IMG/VR virus record: IMGVR_UViG_3300010214_000033
Location: 1-38,123 of that record
Strand: one strand, 5' to 3'
Length of the DNA stretch: 38,123 bases
DNA from: a virus
Taxonomy: Duplodnaviria > Caudoviricetes
Part shown: piece after piece, positions 26,080-36,072 of the stretch
How the letters are laid out: every line of letters begins with the position of its first letter
How positions within the stretch are numbered: position 1 is the first letter of the stretch
The notes under the pieces: model-generated
Database searches by the model: none
Seen by the model: only the letters and a program-made list of their open reading frames with translations
What the model was told of the DNA's origin: nothing
Program-made: the position numbers and the translations under genes

Positions 26080-29000
26080 ATGTCTGGCAGCAATAACACC
26101 GTCGAATACCGCGCAAAACTTGACGTTAGCGGCGTCAAAACTGGAGCGGCCGAGGCCTCCAAGGCCATTGCGGGAATCGACGGCGGGCCAGCCGAGAAGA
26201 GCTTGCAAGGAGTGGGCGCGGAAGCAGCTCGCATGGGCAGCCAGGTCGTAGCAGGCGCGAACGAGGCCAGCAAGGGCCTGAATCAGGTCACCAAGGGTAG
26301 CCAAGAGGTCACCGGCAGCCAGATCCAGGCCAGCCAGGCCGCACAGCAGTTCCTGGCCTCCCTGCGCGAGCAAATTGCTGTCTCAGGGAAATCGGCTGAT
26401 GAGCTGCTGCGCTACAGGGCCGCTCAGCTCGGTGTTGCCTCTGAAGCCGCAAGCCTCATCCTGCAGTTCCAAAACCAGAAAGCCTCCCAACTGGCGGCAG
26501 CTGAAGCAGCGCGTCAGGAAGATGCTGCCCAGCGTGAGGCCACAGCAGCCAAGATGCGTGCAACGGCCGCGCAGGACAGCTTCATGGCCAGCCTGCGCGA
26601 GCAGGTCGCCTTGCAAGGTAAATCCTCCACCGAGGTCCTGCAGTACCGTGCGGCACAACTAGGCCTTTCTGATTCTGCGGCGCAATACATCCAGGCTCTG
26701 GATGGAGCCAACAACGCGAACAAGCGCGGCACCATCAGTGCTGGCCAGCATGCCCAGGCCATGCGCATGCTCCCCATGCAGATGACGGACGTGGTCACCA
26801 GCATTGCTTCGGGCATGCCCGTCTGGATGGTGGCCATCCAGCAAGGTGGTCAGATCAAGGACAGCTTCGGTGGGGTGAGCAACGCTGCTCGCGCCATGCT
26901 GGGTGCTATTACCCCGGTGACAGCCGCCATTGGTGCGCTGGTGGGTGTTGGCGGTCTGATGGCTGCGGCCTATTACCAGGGCTCAGCAGAGGCCAGCGGC
27001 TATACGCGCGCCCTGGTGATGAGCGGCAATGCAGCGGGCACTACGGTCAACCAGATGACCGATATGGCCCGCGCAGCAGGCGATGTGATCGGCTCTCAGC
27101 ATGAGGCATCCAAAGCCTTGACTGCGATGGCTGCCAGTGGCGTGGTGGCCAGGGACAATCTGCAGCAGTTCAGCATCGTCGCAGCGGATCTGGAGCGCTA
27201 TGCCGGCCAGCCCATCAAAACGACGGTCGAGCAGATGTCCAAACTGGGCGAGGCTCCTGCTCAGGCCAGCGCAAAGCTCAATGAGCAGTACCACTACCTG
27301 ACAGAGACGGTCTACCGGCAGATCAAGGCCCTGGAGGAAAAGGGCCAGAAGGAAGAAGCCGCTGCGCTGGCGCAAAAGACCTATGCCAGTGCCATGGCAG
27401 CGCGATCCGCGGAAATCAAGGGCAGCCTGGGCACGCTAGAGCGCGCTTGGGAAACCCTTGGGTCAGTCGCGCGCAAGACATGGGATTCCATGCTCAATGT
27501 GGGGCGCGCTGCGACCCTTAGCGACATTCGCGCCAAAGTGGATGAAACGACCCGCGAGCTCAATGGACTGCTCACCACTACAGGCACAACCACAGAGGGT
27601 GGCGCATACGTCGACCTCGGCGCTCGCCAAAGGGCACGCAAGATCGCCGCACTGAAAAAGGAGCTAGGAGATCTGCATGCCCAGGCAGCGCCCCTGGAGG
27701 CTGCAGAGGCTCAGGCGCAGATCAAAGCAGAGCAGCAGGCCACCGAGGACGCCAAGGTGCAAGCTCGCCAGCGCACCGATGCCCTCAAAAAAGAGGTGCG
27801 CTCACGCTCTGAGATCCGGCAGCAAGAGATTGAACAGCTCAACCGAGACCGCGCGACGCTGGCGCTTAGCCAGCAGGAGTACGACAAGCTTCTGTCGGGC
27901 ATCAATGACAAATACAAAGACCCGAAGCAACCCAAGGGCGCAGCGGGTGTTTCTATCTCTGACACCCAACTGGCCACATTGCGCAGCCAGCTGCAGGCAG
28001 CCCAGCAATACCATCAGCAACTGGTGGCCACCGGCATCGGCGCTTCCGATCTCAACACAGCCGAGCGCGAGAGCCTCAAGATTGCCGAACAGCTGAAACT
28101 GGCCACTGACGGTAAAACCGTTGCCAAACTGCAAGAGGCTAAGGCCACTGCTGATGCATTGGCAGCCCAACTGCGCAGCAATGACGGTCTGGAGCAGTCA
28201 TATAAGGCGCACCAGCAGGCCATCGATGCCAACTACAAGGACGCCGAGGCGATTGGCCAGCGAGCCCGCGATCAGTCGGCAGCCAATGAGGTTTTCGGCA
28301 AGGGTCGTACTGCCATCGAGCAGATGACCCTGGCCACGCTGCAGCACCGGCTGGCCGAGGCTGAAGGTAGCGATCGCTTCGACCCAAAATACATTGCCTC
28401 CCTGCGCGAAAAAATCGCCGCACAGAAGGACTTTGTCGCTGCCCTTCGCCAGGCCGACTACAAGGCCGTCAAGCAGCAGGCTGATGAACTGCTGCGCAAC
28501 GCTCAGGAAATGGGCAAGTCGTACCAGCTGGAGTTTGAGCTGTCCGGTGCCAGCGCACAGCAGCGCCAAATCATTGCCGCCCAGCGCCAGGTAGAGCTGC
28601 GCTATGCCAAGGAAATCGCGGCCGTAGACAAGCTCAACCTGGATGACGCCGGGAAGAAGGCAGCCCTGGCCACGCTGGAGCAGGCCCGCCTGCAGGAGCT
28701 GGCGAACGCTGGCGCAAAGGTCAACCTGCAGGTCTGGAGCGAGTCCGTCCAGCAATATGACGATGTGTTTCGCAAAGGCTTTGCGGACATGCTCAACAGC
28801 GGCAAGAGCGGCTGGAAGTCGTTCAACACCAGCCTGGTCACGACCTTCAAGACCACGGTTGCCGATCAGCTCTACAAGGCCTTTGCGCAGCCCTTTGTGG
28901 TCCGCATCGTGGGCCAGATGCTGGGCATCACGGGCGGTGGGGCGGCCGGTGCCACTGGTACGGCCGCCAGCCTGGCAGGCAGCTCGGGCATTCTGAGCAG

Positions 29001-32000
29001 CGGCAGCAACCTGCTCAATGGCGGTTTTGCCGATTGGTCGACCTGGGGCACCAAGGGCAGCACCTGGATGATGGACCAGGGCATGAGCCTGGTTACCAAG
29101 GGCTGGGAATCTGCTGGCTCGTCCCTCATGTCGCTGGGCCAGACCGTGCAGTCTGCCGACGCGTATCTGAAGACACTGCCTGGCTTTGACGGCGGTCTGG
29201 GGTCGGCCGCTGGCTACCTGGGCAGCATCTACAGCCTCACTCAAGGCCAGTACGGTTCTGCCATCGGCTCGGCCATCGGCACTTACATCATGCCGGGCAT
29301 CGGCACCATGGTGGGCTCTGTGCTGGGCGGCCTGGTCGATGGCCTGGGCATTTTTGGCGGCAGTGTGGAGCTGACGGGCAATGGCATTGCAGGCCGCCTG
29401 GGCGGGACACTGCGCTCATATGCAGACTATGAGAAAGATGGCGGCTGGTTCGGTAGCGACCGCAGCTGGACCGAGTACGCTGCATTGGCCGCCAATGGCC
29501 AGCTGCAGGCTACCTTTGAAGTGTTACGTGCGGGCATTGGTGACCAGGCCAAAGCCCTCGGCCTTTCCTCTGATGCTGTTAAAAAATACACGCGGGACAT
29601 TCGTTTCAGCACTGAAGGCCTGACGGGCGACCAGATCACCGCCCGCCTGCAGGAGGAAATGACGGCCGCAGGCAACACCATGGCCGCCCTGGTGCTTGGC
29701 ACCGACAAATACACCAAGGCCGGTGAAACCCAGGCCGCCACCTTGACGCGCCTGACCACCAGCCTGGCTGCGACCAATGCCACGTTTGAGGTGCTGGGCA
29801 ACAAGCTCTACAGCGTGGGCCTGACGGGCGCGGACATGGCCAGCAAGCTGGTGGCCAACTTTGGCAGCGTGGATGCCTATATCTCGGCGTCCGAGGCCTA
29901 TTACAAGACCTATTACAGCCAAGCAGAGCGTGCCAACAACAGCACGGCTGCCATGACCAAGCAGCTTTCCGAGCTGGGCCTGGCGCTGCCTGGCACACAG
30001 TCCGAGTTCCGCGCGCTGGTCTCCAGCCTGGACCTGACCACCGAGCACGGCCGCAAGGCATACGCCATGCTGCTGCAAATGGCCCCGCAGTTTGACGAGA
30101 CTGCCAAGCAGCTCGATGAGCTGGCCAAGGCGGCCGCTGCAGACCTGATTTCGACCTATACCCGCGCGGCCGCAGTGGCTCCAGGCATGCAGATCGCCCG
30201 CGAGGCCATGAGTGGCACGACCAGCCAGGCGCAGACGCTGGGCGGCAGCATGTCCAGCATCAACAAGATTCTGGGCGACAGCTCCAGCGGCGTGCTGACC
30301 TGGTCCAACCAGGTGCAGTCCAGCACGGCCGCGCTCAACCCCGCCCAGGCGGCAGTTGGCGTGCTGCGCAGCGAGATTTACGCCCTGCAGGCCTCGGCCA
30401 GCGGCACCATGATCAACATTGACGGCCTGTCCAAGGCCCTCGCGGCCGTCGACACCAAGACCTTCACGGCCACGATCACCAGCGCCTTTGAGCTGATCGC
30501 CCAGCGCATCAAGGACGATCTCAGCAGCATTGCCAGCGAGCGCCAGGCGGTGCGCGAGGCCGCCATAAGCATTCTTGGCCCCACAGTCATGACGCCCGCG
30601 CAGATCCGCGCCCAGATCCAGCAGCAGACCGTCTCCCTGCCTGGCCAGAGCGGCATCGCCAATGCCCAGACCGCCCTGGCGAAGGCCGACGCCCTGGTGA
30701 CTCAGCGACAGAACGAGTACGCCACGGCCTATGCCAACAACGCCAACAAGGCCCCCGGCCTGTACAGCAGCGCCGATGCACTGGATGCCAAGAGTGGCGA
30801 TGCAGCCCGTGCACTGGTGGCCACTTACCTGCGCTTTGGCAAGGTTCAGGACGGCATCCGGGGCGAGACCATCCCCGGAAGCCTGGCAGGGCTTGCGGTC
30901 TACAACGACACCCAGGCCAATATGGAGGCCAAGCTCAAGAACTATTCGATGGCTGACATCAAGGCCTTTGCCGCGCAGCTCAACGGGCTGGGCACGGGCG
31001 GGCTGGATGGCGGCTTGGTCTCCACGGATCGCTATGTGGAGCAACTGCAGAAGTACCAGGCCGCCATGGCAGCCGATGCCGCCAACCAGGCCAAAGCCGC
31101 CTCCCTGCGCGAGCAGGCCGCAGCCCTGGCCAACAAGGTCACCAGTGCAGAGCAGGCCCTGGCCGCTGCCCGCGCAGCGCAGACCAATGCGTCCACCAAT
31201 GCCCAGAAGGCCCAGCTTGACTACGTCGCAGCGCTCCAGAAGTACAGCCTGGACAGCGGCAAGGCCGTGTCGAACCTGAGCAAACTGCGGGAAGAGACCG
31301 TCGCCTACTACCAGTCGCAGGCCCAGCTGGCCCAGGCCATGGCCGCATCGGCCAGCGGCCTGCGCTCTACGGTGGCAGACATTCGCTTCAGCCAGATGAG
31401 CACGGCCGGTCAGTTCGCCAACCTGCAGGAGCGCTACAACGTGGCGTACTCCATGGCCATGTCCACGACCGGCGAAACCCTGGCGGGCTATGGCTCTGAA
31501 ATGAACTCGCTGCTGCAACCCCTGCTGCAAAAGGCCCAGGAAGCGGGCCTGGGCGGTGCCGAGTACGCCAGCCTGGTCAACACTCTGTTGGCCAGGGCCG
31601 AGGCCATTGCTGGGCGCATTGAAAAGGACGCGCCCAAGAACTACCAGGAAGAGTCCCTGGGCCTGCTCGGCCAGATCGACAGCACCCTGGCCGCCCTGGA
31701 AGCCGGAGCCAAGAGCAGTGACCAGGTCATGACCGAGGCCATCAAGGCCGGTACCGACACAACCCGCGACGGTCTGCGGGCTGTAATTGCCGCTCTGCAG
31801 GGGCGGCCTGTACCGGCCTTTGCGGCGGGTGGCCTGCACTCCGGTGGCCTGCGCCTGGTCGGTGAACGTGGCCCAGAGCTGGAAGTCACTGGCCCGGCGC
31901 GGTATTTCAGCGCCGACATGACCAGCCGGATGCTGGCCGCGCCCAGCCAAGGCCTTGACCTGGCACCGCTGCTGGCCGAGCTGGTGCGCCTGCGCCATGA

Positions 32001-32157
32001 ACTGTCCGACCTGCGCGCTGAGCGCCGCGCTGACGCCGGTGCCATTGCGACCAATACGGGCAAGACACATCGAGTTCTGGACCGCCTGTCGGTTGAAGGT
32101 TTCCCCGTGCGCAATGCCGATGGGCAGCGCTTTGTCATGTATCTGGAGGCCGTCTAA
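26080..32157 (+). CDS. Tail tape measure protein (2025 aa)
   Basis: Lambda-type N-region LPMQMTDVVTSIASG...QQGGQIKDSFGG, LNEQYHYLT; Ala/Gln-rich; C-terminal FAAGG.H.GGLRLVGERGPEL. Confidence 0.92.
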   Translation: MSGSNNTVEYRAKLDVSGVKTGAAEASKAIAGIDGGPAEKSLQGVGAEAARMGSQVVAGANEASKGLNQVTKGSQEVTGSQIQASQAAQQFLASLREQIAVSGKSADELLRYRAAQLGVASEAASLILQFQNQKASQLAAAEAARQEDAAQREATAAKMRATAAQDSFMASLREQVALQGKSSTEVLQYRAAQLGLSDSAAQYIQALDGANNANKRGTISAGQHAQAMRMLPMQMTDVVTSIASGMPVWMVAIQQGGQIKDSFGGVSNAARAMLGAITPVTAAIGALVGVGGLMAAAYYQGSAEASGYTRALVMSGNAAGTTVNQMTDMARAAGDVIGSQHEASKALTAMAASGVVARDNLQQFSIVAADLERYAGQPIKTTVEQMSKLGEAPAQASAKLNEQYHYLTETVYRQIKALEEKGQKEEAAALAQKTYASAMAARSAEIKGSLGTLERAWETLGSVARKTWDSMLNVGRAATLSDIRAKVDETTRELNGLLTTTGTTTEGGAYVDLGARQRARKIAALKKELGDLHAQAAPLEAAEAQAQIKAEQQATEDAKVQARQRTDALKKEVRSRSEIRQQEIEQLNRDRATLALSQQEYDKLLSGINDKYKDPKQPKGAAGVSISDTQLATLRSQLQAAQQYHQQLVATGIGASDLNTAERESLKIAEQLKLATDGKTVAKLQEAKATADALAAQLRSNDGLEQSYKAHQQAIDANYKDAEAIGQRARDQSAANEVFGKGRTAIEQMTLATLQHRLAEAEGSDRFDPKYIASLREKIAAQKDFVAALRQADYKAVKQQADELLRNAQEMGKSYQLEFELSGASAQQRQIIAAQRQVELRYAKEIAAVDKLNLDDAGKKAALATLEQARLQELANAGAKVNLQVWSESVQQYDDVFRKGFADMLNSGKSGWKSFNTSLVTTFKTTVADQLYKAFAQPFVVRIVGQMLGITGGGAAGATGTAASLAGSSGILSSGSNLLNGGFADWSTWGTKGSTWMMDQGMSLVTKGWESAGSSLMSLGQTVQSADAYLKTLPGFDGGLGSAAGYLGSIYSLTQGQYGSAIGSAIGTYIMPGIGTMVGSVLGGLVDGLGIFGGSVELTGNGIAGRLGGTLRSYADYEKDGGWFGSDRSWTEYAALAANGQLQATFEVLRAGIGDQAKALGLSSDAVKKYTRDIRFSTEGLTGDQITARLQEEMTAAGNTMAALVLGTDKYTKAGETQAATLTRLTTSLAATNATFEVLGNKLYSVGLTGADMASKLVANFGSVDAYISASEAYYKTYYSQAERANNSTAAMTKQLSELGLALPGTQSEFRALVSSLDLTTEHGRKAYAMLLQMAPQFDETAKQLDELAKAAAADLISTYTRAAAVAPGMQIAREAMSGTTSQAQTLGGSMSSINKILGDSSSGVLTWSNQVQSSTAALNPAQAAVGVLRSEIYALQASASGTMINIDGLSKALAAVDTKTFTATITSAFELIAQRIKDDLSSIASERQAVREAAISILGPTVMTPAQIRAQIQQQTVSLPGQSGIANAQTALAKADALVTQRQNEYATAYANNANKAPGLYSSADALDAKSGDAARALVATYLRFGKVQDGIRGETIPGSLAGLAVYNDTQANMEAKLKNYSMADIKAFAAQLNGLGTGGLDGGLVSTDRYVEQLQKYQAAMAADAANQAKAASLREQAAALANKVTSAEQALAAARAAQTNASTNAQKAQLDYVAALQKYSLDSGKAVSNLSKLREETVAYYQSQAQLAQAMAASASGLRSTVADIRFSQMSTAGQFANLQERYNVAYSMAMSTTGETLAGYGSEMNSLLQPLLQKAQEAGLGGAEYASLVNTLLARAEAIAGRIEKDAPKNYQEESLGLLGQIDSTLAALEAGAKSSDQVMTEAIKAGTDTTRDGLRAVIAALQGRPVPAFAAGGLHSGGLRLVGERGPELEVTGPARYFSADMTSRMLAAPSQGLDLAPLLAELVRLRHELSDLRAERRADAGAIATNTGKTHRVLDRLSVEGFPVRNADGQRFVMYLEAV

Positions 32158-33042
32158 ATGCTGTTGATACGGCCCATAAAGATCACGCCCATGATGGTCA
32201 CCGCCAGCAATGCTGGCGCGGCCGATGCTGAGTGGATGGCCAGCACGAGCTATGCACTGGGCGACCGAGTGTTTCTGTCCGCCACGGGCAAGACCTATGA
32301 GTGCATTCAAGGGCCTGCTGAAGGCAAGAACCCAGTGTCCGAGCCGCTTTACTGGCTCTTGGCCGCGCCATCGAACCGCTGGTCCATGTTTGACAGCGAG
32401 ATCAGCACGGCCACGACGACTGCCGGTAACTTGACCACCACGGTCACGGTGGCAGGGCGTATCAATGCCGTTGCGCTGTTCGGCCTGGTCGGCTCCCAGG
32501 TGACCGTGATTCAGCGCAGCGCTACCAATGTGGTGCTGTGCCAGCTCAGCAAGACCCTGCGCACCCAGCCTGCAGACTGGTACGAGTACTTCTTTGTCGA
32601 ACCAGAGCAGATTGCCGAGGCAGTCTTTACAGGCCTGGTCCCCTCCAGCGGCAGCCGTCTGGAAATCACCATCACCGGCCCAGCTCGCTGTGCAGCCGTG
32701 GTGGTGGGCAACACGAACGACCTCGGTGAAGCCCAGTGGGGCGCAACCACTTCAATCATTGACTACAGCCGCAAGAACACCACGGCCGAAGGCGCGCAGT
32801 CTTTCGAGCCTGGCCGCTTCTCTCGTCGCATGTCCGTGCGTCTGGAGCAGCCCCGCGAACGCTATCCCGCCGTGCAGCGGGTGCTGGAAGCCGTCCGGGC
32901 CACGCCCTGCGTTTGGCTGGGCGTGCCGGGCAGCGAAGCCTATAGCCCGATGACCATCTATGGCTACTACAAGGATTTTTCTCTCGAAGTGGCGTACCCA
33001 ACCAAGCACCTTTGTTCTCTGGAGATTGAGAGCCTGACATGA
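32158..33042 (+). CDS. Tail tip/distal tail protein with a small Trp-rich module
   Basis: Follows the tape measure; W..STSY..GDRV module; NRWSMFD, IIDYSRK, YGYYKDF. Confidence 0.7.
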   Translation: MLLIRPIKITPMMVTASNAGAADAEWMASTSYALGDRVFLSATGKTYECIQGPAEGKNPVSEPLYWLLAAPSNRWSMFDSEISTATTTAGNLTTTVTVAGRINAVALFGLVGSQVTVIQRSATNVVLCQLSKTLRTQPADWYEYFFVEPEQIAEAVFTGLVPSSGSRLEITITGPARCAAVVVGNTNDLGEAQWGATTSIIDYSRKNTTAEGAQSFEPGRFSRRMSVRLEQPRERYPAVQRVLEAVRATPCVWLGVPGSEAYSPMTIYGYYKDFSLEVAYPTKHLCSLEIESLT

Positions 33043-33638
33043 CCACACTAATCCCGGAACTGCCGACGCCGGTGCCCCAAAGCACCGACCCGGTGAACTT
33101 TGCGCCAAGAGCCGATGCGTTTCTTGGCGCGCTGCCAGGCTTTGCTACAGCAGCAAATCAACAGGCTGCAGAGAACAACCAGGCGGCAGCCGCTGCGGCT
33201 GCTTCTGCCGCCGCTGGCTCCGCCTCAGCGGCCAGCGCCAAGGCCTCATCGGACCTGGCTGTGGCCAGCGCCTCAGCTACTCGCTGGGATGCTGCGACCA
33301 CTTACGCCCAAGGCAATCTGGCCTGGAGCCCAGTTACCGGCCTGATTTATCGCCGCTTGGTTGCGGGCAAGACCACCGCGGACCCAAGTGCAGACCTGGC
33401 GAACTGGACGGAGGTCATGAACCTGCCCGTGGGCACCGGCCCAGACCAAGTCCATGCAGGCCAGCATCTGGGCCAGCTCGCCTACCTGGATGCACTTTCA
33501 ATCTTGATGGTGAGCCGCCACGCACGAGACAGCCGCCCTGGTGAGGTCTGGCGCGAGTACGTCAGCGACACCACGACCACCATCAAATTTCACGGCTTTG
33601 ACGGAATCATCCGCAGCCGCTCGGAGAGCTGGACATGA
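33039..33638 (+). CDS. Tail fibre-associated protein
   Basis: LPTPVP.STDP.NFAPRADAF N-terminus, Ala-rich linker, WDAATTYAQG module. Confidence 0.65.
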   Translation: MTTLIPELPTPVPQSTDPVNFAPRADAFLGALPGFATAANQQAAENNQAAAAAAASAAAGSASAASAKASSDLAVASASATRWDAATTYAQGNLAWSPVTGLIYRRLVAGKTTADPSADLANWTEVMNLPVGTGPDQVHAGQHLGQLAYLDALSILMVSRHARDSRPGEVWREYVSDTTTTIKFHGFDGIIRSRSESWT

Positions 33639-34861
33639 CCGTTATCGAAAACTACCCGGCAATGCGGCCCAGCCTCATGCTGGACTTTGCCAACAGCCGC
33701 CGCGTGCATCCGCTCATCCAATGCTTACGTGCGAGTACGGCGACTTGCTTCGGCCCTGACGGCAAGCTACGCACGGTGGAAAGCAACGTTCCGCGTATTG
33801 ACCACGACCCACTGACTGGCAAATGCCTGGGCATGTTGATTGAAGAGTCGCGAACAAATCTCATCCTGCAGAGCAACAGCTTCAGCAATGCGCTCTGGAA
33901 CAAGTCCGCCCCTATCACGGTCACTCCCGAAGCGGACGATTGGTGGGACATCTCGCACAACGGAACCGGGCACTATGCCGGTATCTATCAAGCAGGCAGG
34001 CCCAACGCCAGTAAGGTCGCCACATTTTCCTTTGACATCAAGCCCGGAAGTTTGACCTCTGCCAGCATGTTCCTGGGCTTCAACGGCACTGCAGATGCAG
34101 CTCGCGTCTTCTTTGATTTTTCGGCAGGGACATCAGCTATCGGATCGCTGGTCGGGGTGATCACGACTGCGATGGTTACGCACAGTCTCAGAAACATGGG
34201 GGACTACTGGCGGTGCACATTGAGCGTTGACGTGTCGTCCACGGCGATAGTGCCTACCTCAAACGTTTGCTACCTATACACCGGGGGCGTGGTCAGCATG
34301 CAGGTGGCGGGCAACATCAAGGCGCGGCGCGGCCAGCTTGAAAGCGCGACCTTTGCCACCTCCTATATTGAAACGGCAGCCGCGACAGTTACCAGGGCGG
34401 CTGACGTTATCACTCTTCCCGGTGTGATGAACACGCCCTCATGGACGGTTGTCGCAGAGCAGACCATGGCGGGCCTCCCCGGCTTTGCGACGCTCTGGTC
34501 CCTGGACTCTCCCTCAGCAGGCGTGCAGTCCAATGTCCGGCTTCTCTCGACGAGTGCAGGCAACAACCGACCCGAGTATTCGGAAAACGGGTCGTCAAAC
34601 AATATCACCTGGCTCAATATCGCGACTGGTACGGAGCGCGCACGCAGAAACGCTCTCGCCTCGAACGGCAACACATTGCGTATGGCTATCAATGGGGTGG
34701 TGACCGGCGATGGTGCGGCCGCCACCAAGGTGCAGGCGGCCCCCAATCTCAGGTTTGGCCTGCCAGCCAATTCATCGTTTGGTTTCACTGGCTGGATGGC
34801 CAGGCTAGCCATTTATCCCGCAATGCTCTCGGCTGCCCAGATTCGGAGGTTGACCGCATGA
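33635..34861 (+). CDS. Tail fibre/receptor-binding protein (LamG/ConA-like beta-rich)
   Basis: PSLMLDFA, RASTAT, PRIDHDP.TG...G.LIEESRTNL, ATSYI.T.....TRAAD; lower-GC variable interior. Confidence 0.75.
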   Translation: MTVIENYPAMRPSLMLDFANSRRVHPLIQCLRASTATCFGPDGKLRTVESNVPRIDHDPLTGKCLGMLIEESRTNLILQSNSFSNALWNKSAPITVTPEADDWWDISHNGTGHYAGIYQAGRPNASKVATFSFDIKPGSLTSASMFLGFNGTADAARVFFDFSAGTSAIGSLVGVITTAMVTHSLRNMGDYWRCTLSVDVSSTAIVPTSNVCYLYTGGVVSMQVAGNIKARRGQLESATFATSYIETAAATVTRAADVITLPGVMNTPSWTVVAEQTMAGLPGFATLWSLDSPSAGVQSNVRLLSTSAGNNRPEYSENGSSNNITWLNIATGTERARRNALASNGNTLRMAINGVVTGDGAAATKVQAAPNLRFGLPANSSFGFTGWMARLAIYPAMLSAAQIRRLTA

Positions 34862-35400
34862 TGTATCTGCAATTCCCAGATGAGGCGGCTGCACGCGTTG
34901 CACTGGAGCCTTGGACCGTGGGCAGTGCTCTTCCAGCTTATATCGACACTGCGGCCGTCGATGTTCTTGGCCAGGTTCTGCGGCCGACAGGCGGCATCAT
35001 CCACGGCCCCGACGGAGATGTGCCCGAACTGGCCCCTGTACCTGGCTGGCATATCAATTTGTCCGAGCGTGTTTCTGAGCTGGAGCCTTACGAAATGGCT
35101 GCCCCGGCGACTCCAGACCGCGTGTTTGCGGGTAGCGATGCCGTCCAGACCCCGCGTGTGCCTGCCAAGGTGACCCGCCGCCAAGCGCGCCAGGCGCTGG
35201 CCATGGAGGGGCTTCTGGGCAGCGTGCAGCCTGCGATTGACGCCATTTCTGACCCCTTGCAGCGTCAGCTGGCGCAGATCGAATGGGACGACAGCCAGGA
35301 CTTTGAGCGCGACCGGCCCTTGCTGATTCAACTGGGGCACGCCATCGGTCTGACCGATGCGGGCATTGACGCTTTGTTCATTCGAGCAGGAGGCCTGTGA
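34858..35400 (+). CDS. Tail fibre accessory protein
   Basis: ATGA overlap, GGAGG RBS; GWHINL...P.TP.RVFAG then VPAKVTRRQARQAL...IEW...IDALF. Confidence 0.7.
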   Translation: MMYLQFPDEAAARVALEPWTVGSALPAYIDTAAVDVLGQVLRPTGGIIHGPDGDVPELAPVPGWHINLSERVSELEPYEMAAPATPDRVFAGSDAVQTPRVPAKVTRRQARQALAMEGLLGSVQPAIDAISDPLQRQLAQIEWDDSQDFERDRPLLIQLGHAIGLTDAGIDALFIRAGGL

Positions 35401-35927
35401 TGCTCTTGGCCAGCTACAAATCCACCCGCCCAGGGCTGCAAGGCCTGTTCAATCGCATCATCCGGCTGCGCCTGCGCGGCCAATACAGCCACTCGGAGGT
35501 GGTGTTTGAGCCTGGTGACGGTGTTGACCACCTCATGCCAGATGGCTCTGCAGCCCCTGGCCTGGATGGCTCCTTGTGGTGCGCATCCAGCGTTGCGGCC
35601 GAGGCTTTGCCCGAGTTTTCTCAACGCAGGGCAGGCAAAACAGGCGGCGTGCGCTTCAAGCGTGTGGTGCTCGACCCCAGCCGCTGGGATGTGGTCAAGG
35701 TCAACCTGGGCCCCGTGGCCACGGCCCAATGGTTCAAGGCACATGAGGGAGAGTTGTACGACTGGCAGCTGATTCTGGGCTTCATCAGTTGGGCTATTCC
35801 CCAGAAAGACCAGCGCTGGACCTGCAGTGAGGCCTGCGCAGCAGCTCTGGGTATCCCAGAGACAGAGGCATGGCGTTTAGACCCATGCGACATCCTGGCC
35901 ACGACTAGCGCCTGGGCAACCAGGTAG
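35397..35927 (+). CDS. Permuted papain-like (NlpC/P60-related) protein
   Basis: YSHSE (His), G.LYDW, RWTCSE (Cys), in His-before-Cys order. Confidence 0.65.
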   Translation: MMLLASYKSTRPGLQGLFNRIIRLRLRGQYSHSEVVFEPGDGVDHLMPDGSAAPGLDGSLWCASSVAAEALPEFSQRRAGKTGGVRFKRVVLDPSRWDVVKVNLGPVATAQWFKAHEGELYDWQLILGFISWAIPQKDQRWTCSEACAAALGIPETEAWRLDPCDILATTSAWATR

Positions 35928-35928
35928 C

Positions 35929-36032
35929 AAAAAAGACGGGCGACCTGGTCAAGTGCGCTAACACCTGGCCAAGCCCCCGACCCGCAGATTGGGCCTGCAA
36001 GTCAGGCGAAGACCCGCCGCTCTCGAGAGCCC
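35929..36032 (-). ncRNA. Candidate antisense RNA / structured leader upstream of com
   Basis: Minus strand TAGACT (36038-36043), long hairpin topped by GTGTTAGCGCAC, followed by T6. Confidence 0.4.
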
Positions 36033-36072
36033 GGCAAGTCTATCGTCTTTCAACAGTTGAAACTGGCTTGCA

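Noticed and set aside
29524-32310. 928-aa minus-strand ORF
   Set aside because: Antisense shadow of the GC-biased tape measure gene; no motifs or RBS
34441-34857. N-terminal extension of ORF 34441..35400
   Set aside because: Overlaps the fibre gene; real start is ATG 34858 with a GGAGG RBS
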